Origin: Tepidisphaera sp.
GTDB taxonomy: Bacteria; Planctomycetota; Phycisphaerae; Phycisphaerales; UBA1924
Length of the DNA stretch: 64,000 bases
Assembly: GCA_050916045.1 (NCBI GenBank)
Contig: CP051526.1
Location: forward strand, 3,648,001 to 3,712,000
Reading direction: 5' to 3'
Made by a program: the position numbers and the translations under genes. The notes below the pieces were generated by a model that saw only the letters and a program-made list of their open reading frames with translations, did no database searches and was not told where the DNA came from. Positions within the stretch are counted from its first letter, which is position 1. Each line of letters starts with the position of its first letter. This document shows positions 1 through 8,973 of this stretch, in pieces.

Positions 1-126
1 GACGAGTATGTCGCCTGCTTCGAGACCGGGTCCTGTGGGTTGGGCTCGCCGGACTTCAACGGCGACGGCTTCGTCGACTTCTTCGACTACGACGAGTTCG
101 TGCTGGCCTTTGAGACGGGGTGCTGA
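1..126 (+). CDS. C-terminal fragment of a GC-type dockerin-like domain protein (start lies outside the window)
   Basis: Frame +1 from base 1 reads DEYVACFETGSCGLGSPDFNGDGFVDFFDYDEFVLAFETGC then TGA at 124-126, the same module that ends seven other ORFs here. Not in the ORF track. Confidence 0.9.
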   Translation, partial: DEYVACFETGSCGLGSPDFNGDGFVDFFDYDEFVLAFETGC

Positions 127-206
127 GCTGCTCGGACACGAAGGCGCTCATCCCGCCCTTCGCGGAACGCGCACCAACGTCGATGCACTTGTTCGATACC
201 GATGGC

Positions 207-250
207 AAAAAGCCCCGACGGCCGAGAAGGACCGCCGGGGCTTTGGGTTT
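207..250 (-). terminator. Intrinsic terminator between convergent genes
   Basis: AAAAAGCCCCGACGGCC-gagaag-GACCGCCGGGGCTTT; stem with G-U pairs and U-tract on the minus strand, downstream of 272..1228. Confidence 0.75.
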
Positions 251-271
251 GAAAAGTCAGCTTCGGGCAGA

Positions 272-1228
272 TCAGCGGCGGCGGCGGGCCACCAGAGCGC
301 CGAGACCGAGAAGAGCGAAGCCCGCGGGGGCGGGGACCTGGACGACGTGGATCGAGGTACCCGCTTCGTCGCCGAGGAAAATCAGGTTGTTGGCTTCATC
401 GACCGCGACCGACTCAAGTTCATTGATCGGGGCGTAGGCGTTGAGGACCTGGGCAAGACCGATCGACGCGCCGTTGGTGTCGTAGAACGCGAAGCCGTCG
501 AACTCGCCGACGACGAGGAAGGCCTGGGCCGTCGCGACCGTCTGCCCGGTGAGAGCCTGAGCGAAAGCCGCCGAAACCACCGCGATGCCCTTGGCACCGT
601 CGATCACCTGGAACGAAGAGGACTGAACAGCCATCGTGTTGGCATCGAAGTAGCGGAGGAATGAGGTGTCGCCCGAGCCGTCCTCAACCCCGACGAACGC
701 CGAGAGCGAGCCCACCCAGGCGATATCGTCCAGAGCGGGAGAAGCGCTGACAGGGGTGATCATGTTGGACCCGGGAGCGCCCGTGTCAAAGATGCCGAAG
801 GAATCGGCGCCGCGCGTCTCGATGCCGGTCACGCGAACGCTCGCTCCGGGAGCGAAGGAGCCGTAGCCCGAGCCCGAGGTGTTGATGGTGATGCCTTCGG
901 GGCCCCAGAGGCCGGCGGGGCCGTTGCCCATCTGGATGGTGTTGAAGGCGCTCAGGTCGCCCGCGGCACCCGGGGTGTAGCGCACCAAGCGTCCGGCGGC
1001 GCGGTTGGCGTCGTGGTCGTGGGAGACGTAGAGCGTGCCGTTGTGGAACGTCATGCCTTCGGCGCCGAAGACGTGGGCCGGGTTGCCCGTTGCGTCGCTC
1101 CGAATGTTCCAGCTCGTCACGCCGTAGTTCGAGCCGTACAGGCTCAGCGTTCCGGTGCCGCTCACAACACCAGCCTGGGCAGCCCCGGCAAGACCCACAC
1201 CGACCAACACGGACAGGATCGTCTTCAT
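272..1228 (-). CDS. Secreted beta-propeller-like protein with PEP-CTERM-like sorting signal
   Basis: Signal peptide MKTILSVLVGVGLAGAAQA; C-terminus VPAPAGFALLGLGALVARRRR (VPxP + TM + Arg tail); repeated EGMT/EGIT/ESVA blade-like motifs; AGGAG RBS upstream. Confidence 0.85.
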   Translation of the reverse strand: MKTILSVLVGVGLAGAAQAGVVSGTGTLSLYGSNYGVTSWNIRSDATGNPAHVFGAEGMTFHNGTLYVSHDHDANRAAGRLVRYTPGAAGDLSAFNTIQMGNGPAGLWGPEGITINTSGSGYGSFAPGASVRVTGIETRGADSFGIFDTGAPGSNMITPVSASPALDDIAWVGSLSAFVGVEDGSGDTSFLRYFDANTMAVQSSSFQVIDGAKGIAVVSAAFAQALTGQTVATAQAFLVVGEFDGFAFYDTNGASIGLAQVLNAYAPINELESVAVDEANNLIFLGDEAGTSIHVVQVPAPAGFALLGLGALVARRRR

Positions 1229-1346
1229 CGTCTCACTCCTGATTGAATACCATGCTGTGGGATGACGCGTACACCCCAGATTACAGCAGTGTCTCTCGGG
1301 AAACTATAGAGAGAAGCTCATTCCTGACCGTTAGGACTCGGTCAAA

Positions 1347-2408
1347 CTAAGATGGCTGCTTGGGTGGTTTGACTTCCGCGGCCGGGGCCTTGAGATTCAG
1401 GCTGTCCGCAATGTCGGCCCAACTCGCTACTTTAAAGTTCTGATTAACGCCGTCGTTGTCGTCCTGCGCAATGAAGATGCCCTTGGGATAGCGAGGTCCG
1501 AGCGGTGCCGAGAGGACCATGATTCCGTCGGTGTGCGTGACAGGGTCGGCCTTGCCGCCCGACCGAGGGAAAGACAGCTTGAACGAGCCGGTTGGGCGCA
1601 GGGTGCGCCGATCAAACGTCGCGTACCGGTCCTCTCCCTGACAAGACACGACGATCCAGCCTTCGCCGCCCCCCGCGTCGTACAGAGTCACTCCCTCAAC
1701 GTCCGGAGCGAGGCCACCACTGATCCCACCTTCGCTCGCGGCGACGACATCGACAAGCCGTCGCTGCGGCTCATGCGCCGGGTCGAGGCTGTAACGCCAG
1801 AGCCCGACAAGTTCCTCGCCGATGTAGAGAGCCTGGTGGTGGGTGTCCGCGACCATGCCCTCGATCTGACCACCGACCGCGAACTCGCGAACCATCGACG
1901 CACGAAGGCTCGGCGCGGTCAGATCAAGCCTGTAAATCCGGACCACACCCGCTTTGCTCCCCACCACGACGAACGGGGTTCCAGTCGCGGGATCGGCAAA
2001 CGCGCAGAGTCCATAGACCTCGTCCAAGCCGGTCGGAATGATCCCGCCGGGCGCACGCTGGAGTTGTCGTGAAGCCGGATCGACGGTGTAGCACCAGATC
2101 GAGTTATCGGTGCGGTTGGTCGCGACAATCAACGACGCTCCCGAAGGCAGCTCGATCGCATCAACGTTGTTCATGCGGCCGTCGCTCAGCGTCTGCACCG
2201 GCACCCCCTTCAAGTCGTACACGACCAACCCGTCTTTTTTATTGGTCGCAATGATCAAACTCGCCCCGGGATCCGCCGGGCTCCTCCACACGGCGCTGTC
2301 GTCCGCGGCGTCACCCTCGAAGATCATCGGCGATGTCTCGGCGATGCACTCGACGGTCGGAAGCGGGTCCACGAGAATCTGGGCGAGGAACAGGATGGAA
2401 AGCAACAC
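1347..2408 (-). CDS. Beta-propeller phytase (3-phytase family)
   Basis: Motifs DAADDSAVW, IATNKKDGLVVYDLKG, GRMNNVD, EVYGLC, QIEGMVAD, DVEGVTLY, TDGI, AQDD..NQNFK match the Bacillus-type phytase family. Confidence 0.92.
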   Translation of the reverse strand: MLLSILFLAQILVDPLPTVECIAETSPMIFEGDAADDSAVWRSPADPGASLIIATNKKDGLVVYDLKGVPVQTLSDGRMNNVDAIELPSGASLIVATNRTDNSIWCYTVDPASRQLQRAPGGIIPTGLDEVYGLCAFADPATGTPFVVVGSKAGVVRIYRLDLTAPSLRASMVREFAVGGQIEGMVADTHHQALYIGEELVGLWRYSLDPAHEPQRRLVDVVAASEGGISGGLAPDVEGVTLYDAGGGEGWIVVSCQGEDRYATFDRRTLRPTGSFKLSFPRSGGKADPVTHTDGIMVLSAPLGPRYPKGIFIAQDDNDGVNQNFKVASWADIADSLNLKAPAAEVKPPKQPS

Positions 2409-2493
2409 GGAGCCTCCTTCACTATCTCTTAACTAATCATTCATGCTGACGAGTCGGATCGCGAGTGTAACGCACCTGACAATACGCCCATCA

Positions 2494-3468
2494 ATGCGCA
2501 CGATCCGCCTATCTCGGCATGCATTCACGCTGATTGAACTTCTGGTGGTCATCGCGATCATCGCGTTGCTCATCGGATTGCTTCTGCCTTCCTTGGCCGC
2601 GGCACGCGACGTCGCGCGCACGACGAAATGTTCGAGCAACATCCGGCAGATGGTCGTCGGTGCCGCGTCATACTCCCTTGAGAACAAGGGCTACTACTCC
2701 AGCGGCGGGTGGGACAACCGCCGATTCCGCAGTTGGGGTGCGCTCGACACCTCCGGCTGGGTCGCGGACATGGTCAACGGCGGGTACGCCGTCCCCGGCA
2801 AGGTCCTCTGCCCCACTTCGCCGGCGCGAGGCTCGGAGGTCTGGAACGAGACCAAGGTCCGGGGTGCCGACGCCTGGCGGCAGATCAGCATGGAAGAGCA
2901 GCAGGAACTCATCGCCAAGGGCTACAACACGAACTACACCCAGTCGTGGTACATGGCGTACACGGATCCCAAGACCACGGCTCCGCTCGCCGAGAGCAAG
3001 GACCGCCGGTTCACCAAGGGCCCGCTTCGCGATATCGCGACCGTCAATGCGCCCAACTCGCTGATCCCGATGATCGGGGACACCAAAGCCGAGGAACTCG
3101 ACAGCAACAACTCGCTGGTGATCGACGGCCAGGAGTTTGTGGGCGCGAAGTCCGCAAGCGACGGTCCCTCGCTCGCCCGCCGCCCCGGCGGCGGGAACGT
3201 CAGCGGCCGCCAGATCTATCTCGATTTCGGCGTCGCTCACGGGCGCGGCTCGAAGATCACAACCGGCCAGATCCGTCACGACAAGATTTACGCCAACATG
3301 GGTTTCGTCGACGGGAGCGTTCGGCTCCTCAACGACCTTGGGCGTCGCGATGGGCTGTTTGATTCGACCCCTCAGACACTCGAGAACGGCTGGTCCGTTC
3401 GCGTCTACGACGATCTTGAGGGGCAGATCTACGGCGGCTGGCTCACCCATGTCGGGCTCAACTGGTAG
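2494..3468 (+). CDS. Prepilin-type N-terminal cleavage/methylation domain protein (planctomycete DUF1559-like)
   Basis: [41 protein letters not shown]-terminal [11 protein letters not shown] resembles the H-X9-DG motif. Start taken at ATG 2494. Confidence 0.9.
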   Translation: MRTIRLSRHAFTLIELLVVIAIIALLIGLLLPSLAAARDVARTTKCSSNIRQMVVGAASYSLENKGYYSSGGWDNRRFRSWGALDTSGWVADMVNGGYAVPGKVLCPTSPARGSEVWNETKVRGADAWRQISMEEQQELIAKGYNTNYTQSWYMAYTDPKTTAPLAESKDRRFTKGPLRDIATVNAPNSLIPMIGDTKAEELDSNNSLVIDGQEFVGAKSASDGPSLARRPGGGNVSGRQIYLDFGVAHGRGSKITTGQIRHDKIYANMGFVDGSVRLLNDLGRRDGLFDSTPQTLENGWSVRVYDDLEGQIYGGWLTHVGLNW

Positions 3469-3506
3469 CGTCCTGATCCGTCACCTCGTTTCTCCGGAGA
3501 CTGTCC

Positions 3507-4733
3507 ATGCGTTCAACCCTTCTCATCGTGCTCGCCGCCGGCGTGCTTCCCACGACGGCCATCGCCCAGAACACCATTACGCTGTTCGGGCAGGAATACT
3601 CCGTCGCGAGGATCAACTACTCGGCGGAGATTCAGCTCCCCAACATCCCGTTCCCGCAGGACCCCTCGGTCCCCTTCATCGAGTCCGAGGGCATCGTCTA
3701 CACGGGCGGCGACCGGATTCTCATGAGCGCGGACGACATCAGCGACGCGGGGTTCGGCATGCCGGAGAACTGGATCGTCGAAGCGACCCTCCGCTATGAA
3801 TCGGGCGTCGTGGTCGGGTTCCAGGCCGTGCGCACCATCCTGAGCCACGATCTGGCGAGCTTCCCCTACGACCTCAACCCCACCGGAATCTCCCTCAACA
3901 CCGGCTCGACCGGCCTGGGTGCGGGCGGCAACATCATCGCAAGCCTCGGCGACGGTTGGCTCTACGCGTACAGCTATCAAGCGGGGTCCGAAGGGAACCA
4001 ACTGCCGTTTCCGAACGGTTCTGACTGTCTCTCAAGCCCCGCGACCTGCGCGATGAACATCTCGGGCCTCAACACCAACGCGGAGGACCTCACATACGTG
4101 CCGGTCAACGGCGGTGAGATCTTCGTCGCCAACCAGGACACCGAGGGGCTTGAGCGATGGAACGCCGTCACGGGCCAGTTCGTGGGCTCGTTCCCGGTGG
4201 GCGGCGCGGTCCCCGGCGGCCCGGTCGGCGCGGTCGCCAAGGGGCTCGCCTACGTGGCGGACTCGCCGGCGCTCCCGAGCGTGCTGCGGCGTCCCGAGGG
4301 TGTGGTCCTGGTTTGCTTTGACGACAATTTCCCCGCTCTCCAAGCCTTCAGCGTCACGGGCGAACTGCTCGCGACCGAGGTGCTGACGGTCGATGGCACC
4401 GCGTTCGGCACCCCCAAGCTTGATGTGGCCGGCTGCCCCGGCGGGCTTGCGCTCGAGTCGCTGACGGCCGACGCCGCTTCGGGCCGCCTCTTCCTGAGCA
4501 ACCAGGGCAGTTTCACCGACTGCAACTTCCTCTGGGTGCTCACGCCTGTCGCCGGGGGCTGCCCCGCCGATTTCAACGGCGACGGATTCCTCGACTTCTT
4601 CGACTACGACGATTACGTGAACTGCTTTGAGACCGGAACCTGCGGTGACCGCACGGCGGACTTCAACGGTGACGAGTTTGTCGATTTCTTCGACTACGAC
4701 GACTTCGTCGCGGCGTTCGAGTCGGGCTGCTGA
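3507..4733 (+). CDS. Secreted beta-propeller-like protein with C-terminal GC-type dockerin-like domain
   Basis: Signal peptide; GGAG RBS; ends CPADFNGDGFLDFFDYDDYVNCFE..ADFNGDEFVDFFDYDDFVAAFESGC. Confidence 0.85.
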   Translation: MRSTLLIVLAAGVLPTTAIAQNTITLFGQEYSVARINYSAEIQLPNIPFPQDPSVPFIESEGIVYTGGDRILMSADDISDAGFGMPENWIVEATLRYESGVVVGFQAVRTILSHDLASFPYDLNPTGISLNTGSTGLGAGGNIIASLGDGWLYAYSYQAGSEGNQLPFPNGSDCLSSPATCAMNISGLNTNAEDLTYVPVNGGEIFVANQDTEGLERWNAVTGQFVGSFPVGGAVPGGPVGAVAKGLAYVADSPALPSVLRRPEGVVLVCFDDNFPALQAFSVTGELLATEVLTVDGTAFGTPKLDVAGCPGGLALESLTADAASGRLFLSNQGSFTDCNFLWVLTPVAGGCPADFNGDGFLDFFDYDDYVNCFETGTCGDRTADFNGDEFVDFFDYDDFVAAFESGC

Positions 4734-4770
4734 GGCAGAAGCGGCCGCATGGCCACACGGCAAAATGAAG

Positions 4771-4804
4771 AAGGGCCCCGATCAATGATCGGGGCCCTTT
4801 CTTT
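4771..4804 (+). terminator. Intrinsic terminator
   Basis: AAGGGCCCCGATC-aat-GATCGGGGCCCTT followed by TCTTT. Confidence 0.8.
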
Positions 4805-5140
4805 GGATGCCTTTCCTTGGCCACGTAGCCATTTCCATAAGCCGCCAGCGAAAGCCCGCTGACCGTCACCCCTTCGCCCCCCCCGGGCGCGGGCCACGCG
4901 CGAATCAGCTGACGCCACCAGCACTGACCAACGCTGAACCCGCCCGATAACTGCCCCGAGTCGAACGGCCACCGTGCGGTTCCCTGTGCGATTTCACCGC
5001 CATCGGCGGACGACTCTCTGGCGGCACGGTTCGGGGTGCAGTACCCTTCTCCGGCCGCGAGCGTGCAACGTGTTTGCACCGCTTCGGACACGCGGGCTTG
5101 ACCAATCGGCCCGACCGGTTCGCGATCGAGGGAGATCAGA

Positions 5141-6355
5141 ATGACCACGCAGAACTTGGGGTGTTCGCACGCGAGCTCGGCAAGCTTTGTCCGCGCGGCG
5201 GGAGCGATCGGCGAGGGCTTTGGAGCGATCGGCGTGACGATTGGCGCCCTCGCCGTGACGTGCGGTGCCGCGGCGGCGTTCGCTCAGCCTCAGCCCGTTG
5301 CGTGGTATCAGTTCGAAGGGTCGCTGGTCGATTCCGGTCCTCTTGCGATCAACGGCGTCGCAGAGGGGCCGGTAAGCTTCGCACCCTCACCCAATGGCCA
5401 TGGCCTCTTGGTGCGCGACGGTCGAGTGTCGTTGGGCAACACCTCGTTTCTCCACTTGTACCAGCCGATGGCTCTCACCGCATTGATTCGCGCGGAGCCC
5501 AACAGCATGTACGGCACCTTCATCTCTCATGGTGCGGGTGGCTTTATCTTTTACGTACGACCGACGGATGGGCGACCAACGACCTCTCTGTCATTTGGTC
5601 GACAGGGCTACGGATCGCCGGGCCCGGGCGGAGTCGTGAGCACCGACGGGGCGGCCGACCCCAACCCGATCGTCGTCGGGAGATTTCATGCCGTTGCGGC
5701 GGTTTACGATGCTTCCGTAGTGTCATTGTATATCGACGGCGTTCGCGTGGTGACTGGACCGCTCGCTGCCAACTTCTTTGACGTTGTCAACTCGCTCAGA
5801 ATCGGCGGTGACCCCACGATTCCAAGTCTTGAACAATTCAGGGGTGTAATCGACGAGGTTCGGTTCTTCAATCAAGCTCTGACGCCGTGCGAGATCGAAC
5901 TGATCGCAATGCGAGACCTGACCCTGTCGGTCCTGAACGCTTCAGTTTGTCCGAACGGCACTGCGAACTTCGCTGTCTCTCCCTTCGGAGTTGGACCGTT
6001 CACATACGCATGGAGGAAAGAGGGCAATCCGATCGACCCCCTCACCAATCCCTCCGCCGCCACTGCCACCCTGGTGCTCACCAACGTCGGCCCCGCCGAC
6101 GAGGCGAGCTACGACTGCATCGTGACCAACGCCTGCGGCAGCGTGACCAGCGATGCCGCCACGCTCACGATCTGCGCCGCCGACTTCAACTGCGACGGGT
6201 TCCTCGACTTCTTCGACTACGACGATTACGTGAACTGCTTCGAGACCGGAGCCTGTGGTGGGGGCGGTGGGGGCACCGCCGACTTCAACGGTGACGACTT
6301 CGTCGACTTCTTCGACTACGACGCCTTCGTCGTCGCATTCGAGACAGGGTGTTGA
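5141..6355 (+). CDS. LamG-like jellyroll + Ig-like + GC-type dockerin-like protein
   Basis: VAWYQFEG, HAVAAVYD..SLYIDG, FRGVIDEVRFFNQALT (LamG); FTYAWRKEG..YDCIVTNACGSVTS (Ig); dockerin-like end. Exact start uncertain. Confidence 0.85.
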   Translation: MTTQNLGCSHASSASFVRAAGAIGEGFGAIGVTIGALAVTCGAAAAFAQPQPVAWYQFEGSLVDSGPLAINGVAEGPVSFAPSPNGHGLLVRDGRVSLGNTSFLHLYQPMALTALIRAEPNSMYGTFISHGAGGFIFYVRPTDGRPTTSLSFGRQGYGSPGPGGVVSTDGAADPNPIVVGRFHAVAAVYDASVVSLYIDGVRVVTGPLAANFFDVVNSLRIGGDPTIPSLEQFRGVIDEVRFFNQALTPCEIELIAMRDLTLSVLNASVCPNGTANFAVSPFGVGPFTYAWRKEGNPIDPLTNPSAATATLVLTNVGPADEASYDCIVTNACGSVTSDAATLTICAADFNCDGFLDFFDYDDYVNCFETGACGGGGGGTADFNGDDFVDFFDYDAFVVAFETGC

Positions 6356-6404
6356 GCCGGATCGCCTCTCGCGTTGACGATCGAGCGTTCGGGAAGGATA
6401 AACG

Positions 6405-7691
6405 ATGAATGCGGGTCGATTCGGTTGGTTTGGTGCGGCACTCGCTCTTGGCGGGTTGCATGCTTGCGCGATCGGGCAATCGTGCAGCGGGCCTGAGTAT
6501 CGAGCGGTTGACTGTTCGCTTGTGCCCTTGATCGAAGCGGTCGGCGGCACTTGGGCCGACGGAGGCGGGTCGGGCGGTGGGTCGGGCGGTGGAGCACGTG
6601 ATCCGATGCTGATCTTCCGCGACGCGGGGATCAACATGGTTCGGCTGCGCGTGTGGGTGGATCCGCCCGCTGGTTTCTGCGATACAGCTCAGACGCTTGC
6701 GATGGCCCGCCGTGCCCACGAGGCCGGTTTGGCCGTTCTGATCAGCTTTCATTACTCCGACACCTGGGCCGACCCGGGTCAGCAGACCAAGCCCGCCGCG
6801 TGGGCATCGCTCGAGTTTAGCGCGTTGGTCAACCAGGTCGGCCTGTACACAGCCGGGGTGCTCGACCAACTCGTGGCCCAGGGATCCCCACCCGCGATCG
6901 TGCAGATCGGCAACGAGATCACCGCGGGGATGCTCTGGAACGAGGGCCGAATCGACGGCGGCAACAACTGGCCACGATTTGGGCGTCTGCTGCAAGCGTG
7001 CGCTCTGGCGGTGCGGCAGCACACGCCGACGGCCAAGGTCATGCTCCACATCGATCGCGCCGGCGACATCGAAGGCGCCCGCTGGTGGTTTGATCGCGTC
7101 GTGGCTGAGGAAGTTTCGTTCGATATCGTCGGGCTTTCGTACTACCCCTGGTGGCACGGCTCGTTCGCCGCGATGGAGGCCACGGTCACCGACATGGCCG
7201 CACGCTACGGCAAGCCCGTGTTCATCGTGGAGACAGCCTATCCGTTCACGCTCGGCTGGTCGGACCAGACGTTCAATCTCGTCGGCGATGCGTCGCAGCT
7301 GCTCGACGGCTACGCCGCGACGCCCGCGGGCCAAGCGGCGTACCTCCGCGACGTGTCGGCGTTGGTCGCGAATGTGCCCGGTGGTCTTGGCATGGGCGTC
7401 TGCTACTGGGCTCCCGAGTGGTCGGCCTTCCCGGGCCTCGGATCACCGTGGGAGAACCTGGCCCTGTTTGATTTCGATCACGTCGCGACGCCCGGCCTCA
7501 ACGCGCTCGGCGGCAAGAGCCGCGCGGATTTCAACAGCGACGGGTTCCTGGACTTCTTCGACTACGACGGTTACGTCAACTGCTTTGAGACCGAGGCCTG
7601 CGGTGGGGGCACGGCGGACTTCAACGGCGACGGCTTTGTCGACTTCTTCGACTACGACGACTTCGTCGCTGCCTTCGAGGCTGGCTGCTGA
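6405..7691 (+). CDS. GH53 endo-1,4-beta-galactanase with GC-type dockerin-like domain
   Basis: GINMVRLRVWVDP, FHYSDTWADPGQQTKPAAW, VQIGNEI, GLSYYPWWHG, IVETAYP, CYWAPEW, WENLALFD are GH53 signatures. Confidence 0.93.
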   Translation: MNAGRFGWFGAALALGGLHACAIGQSCSGPEYRAVDCSLVPLIEAVGGTWADGGGSGGGSGGGARDPMLIFRDAGINMVRLRVWVDPPAGFCDTAQTLAMARRAHEAGLAVLISFHYSDTWADPGQQTKPAAWASLEFSALVNQVGLYTAGVLDQLVAQGSPPAIVQIGNEITAGMLWNEGRIDGGNNWPRFGRLLQACALAVRQHTPTAKVMLHIDRAGDIEGARWWFDRVVAEEVSFDIVGLSYYPWWHGSFAAMEATVTDMAARYGKPVFIVETAYPFTLGWSDQTFNLVGDASQLLDGYAATPAGQAAYLRDVSALVANVPGGLGMGVCYWAPEWSAFPGLGSPWENLALFDFDHVATPGLNALGGKSRADFNSDGFLDFFDYDGYVNCFETEACGGGTADFNGDGFVDFFDYDDFVAAFEAGC

Positions 7692-7792
7692 AGCCAACCG
7701 CCCCGGCGGGTGCGAGTGCGGGTGCGAGGGTGGGTGCGGGGGCCTCGGCGGGCCGGGCCCATACCATGGACCATTCGAGAGGACGGTCCCCG

Positions 7793-8935
7793 ATGAAAGT
7801 GCTCGGCCTGTTCGCGATGCTGCTCACCCCCGCCCTCCTTCCGCCGCTTTCGGGTTGCATCGACATCAACCCGCCGGACCCTTCGGGACGGACGTGGAGC
7901 CCGCCCAGGGACGACACTACCGCCGGTCCTGCCGTGCGGCCGCCGCAGGAAGCCGCCGCGCGCCCTCCGCTTGAGTTCCACATCCAGCTCTCCGTCCAGG
8001 AGCAACTCCCCCGAGCCAAGGGCCTCGGCGCGACCATCCGCTACCCGCAGCCGGGGTCAGACCTCCCGATCTACACCGGCAAGGTCGCCATCGTCTACGA
8101 GTGGCGGCCCAAGGACGGCCTCGAAGAGCGCACCAACCCGCGCACCGGCAAGGACTACGGCCCCATCTGGAAGGACACCGTCGCCGAGCAGATGCAGCCC
8201 GACAACCTGCAGCGACACCTCAATTCCGTCGACCGGTGGATCGGCACCTTCGTCCCGGCGAACTTCGAAGGCACCGTCGTGCTCGATGTCGAACGCTGGC
8301 CGCTCAAAAGCGACACCTTCCACCTCGGCGCCCACGCCAAGCAGCAGCTCGACAAGCTCGCCCCGGGCAAGAAGCAAGCCGAGCTCATGGCCGAGTTCAT
8401 GCGGATCACCGAAGCTCGCGCCCGCGCCGTCCGCCCCCGCGTGAAAGCCTGGGGCTGGTGGTCCATGGGCGAGATGCACCCCGCTTTCCCCATCTGGCAC
8501 AAGGACAAGTACAAGGCCTGGCGTGAGACCGACCTCCCCGCCGAGCGCCAGGCCCTCGAAGGAACCTGGATCCCCTTCCCAAGCTTCTACTTCCCCACAA
8601 GCTTTTCCAAAGCGAACGAACGAGCCGCCGCCTGGCCCCTGATCACCGAGCACTGGACGCTTCTCTACGGCCAGGAACGCCTCGCCCGAGATGGGTACGC
8701 CTACCTCAACATCCGCCACCCGTACAACGCCTCCAAGGAATTCGCGAGCAAACCGCTCACCCGCGAACAGTTCCACGAATGCGTGGAAGCCGCGTGGTCC
8801 GTCGGCATCCGCCGGTTCGTCATCTGGGACTCGATCGATAAGCCCGAAGTCCGCGACATCGCGCAGCGGTTCATCGACGAGATCCTCGTGCCCGAGGTGA
8901 GGCTTTGCGTCGAGCGGTATCGGGCGGAGCGATAG
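7793..8935 (+). CDS. Lipoprotein with GH56 hyaluronidase-like catalytic domain
   Basis: Lipobox LSGC; HLNSVDRWI..PANFEGTVVLDVERW, RAVRP..WGWW, FPSFY, GIRRFVIWDS resemble GH56 motifs in order. Confidence 0.6.
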   Translation: MKVLGLFAMLLTPALLPPLSGCIDINPPDPSGRTWSPPRDDTTAGPAVRPPQEAAARPPLEFHIQLSVQEQLPRAKGLGATIRYPQPGSDLPIYTGKVAIVYEWRPKDGLEERTNPRTGKDYGPIWKDTVAEQMQPDNLQRHLNSVDRWIGTFVPANFEGTVVLDVERWPLKSDTFHLGAHAKQQLDKLAPGKKQAELMAEFMRITEARARAVRPRVKAWGWWSMGEMHPAFPIWHKDKYKAWRETDLPAERQALEGTWIPFPSFYFPTSFSKANERAAAWPLITEHWTLLYGQERLARDGYAYLNIRHPYNASKEFASKPLTREQFHECVEAAWSVGIRRFVIWDSIDKPEVRDIAQRFIDEILVPEVRLCVERYRAER

Positions 8936-8973
8936 TGGAAAGCCTTCCGCAACAACGCTCCTAACATCGCGGC

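Noticed and set aside
2409..2493. Pho box in the phytase/prepilin divergent region
   Set aside because: Minus-strand TTGTCAggtgcGTTACAc has 11-bp spacing but matches the consensus too weakly to call.
6561..6595. GGGSGGGSGGG insertion in the GH53 enzyme
   Set aside because: In-frame 12-bp duplication in a probable loop; catalytic motifs intact.
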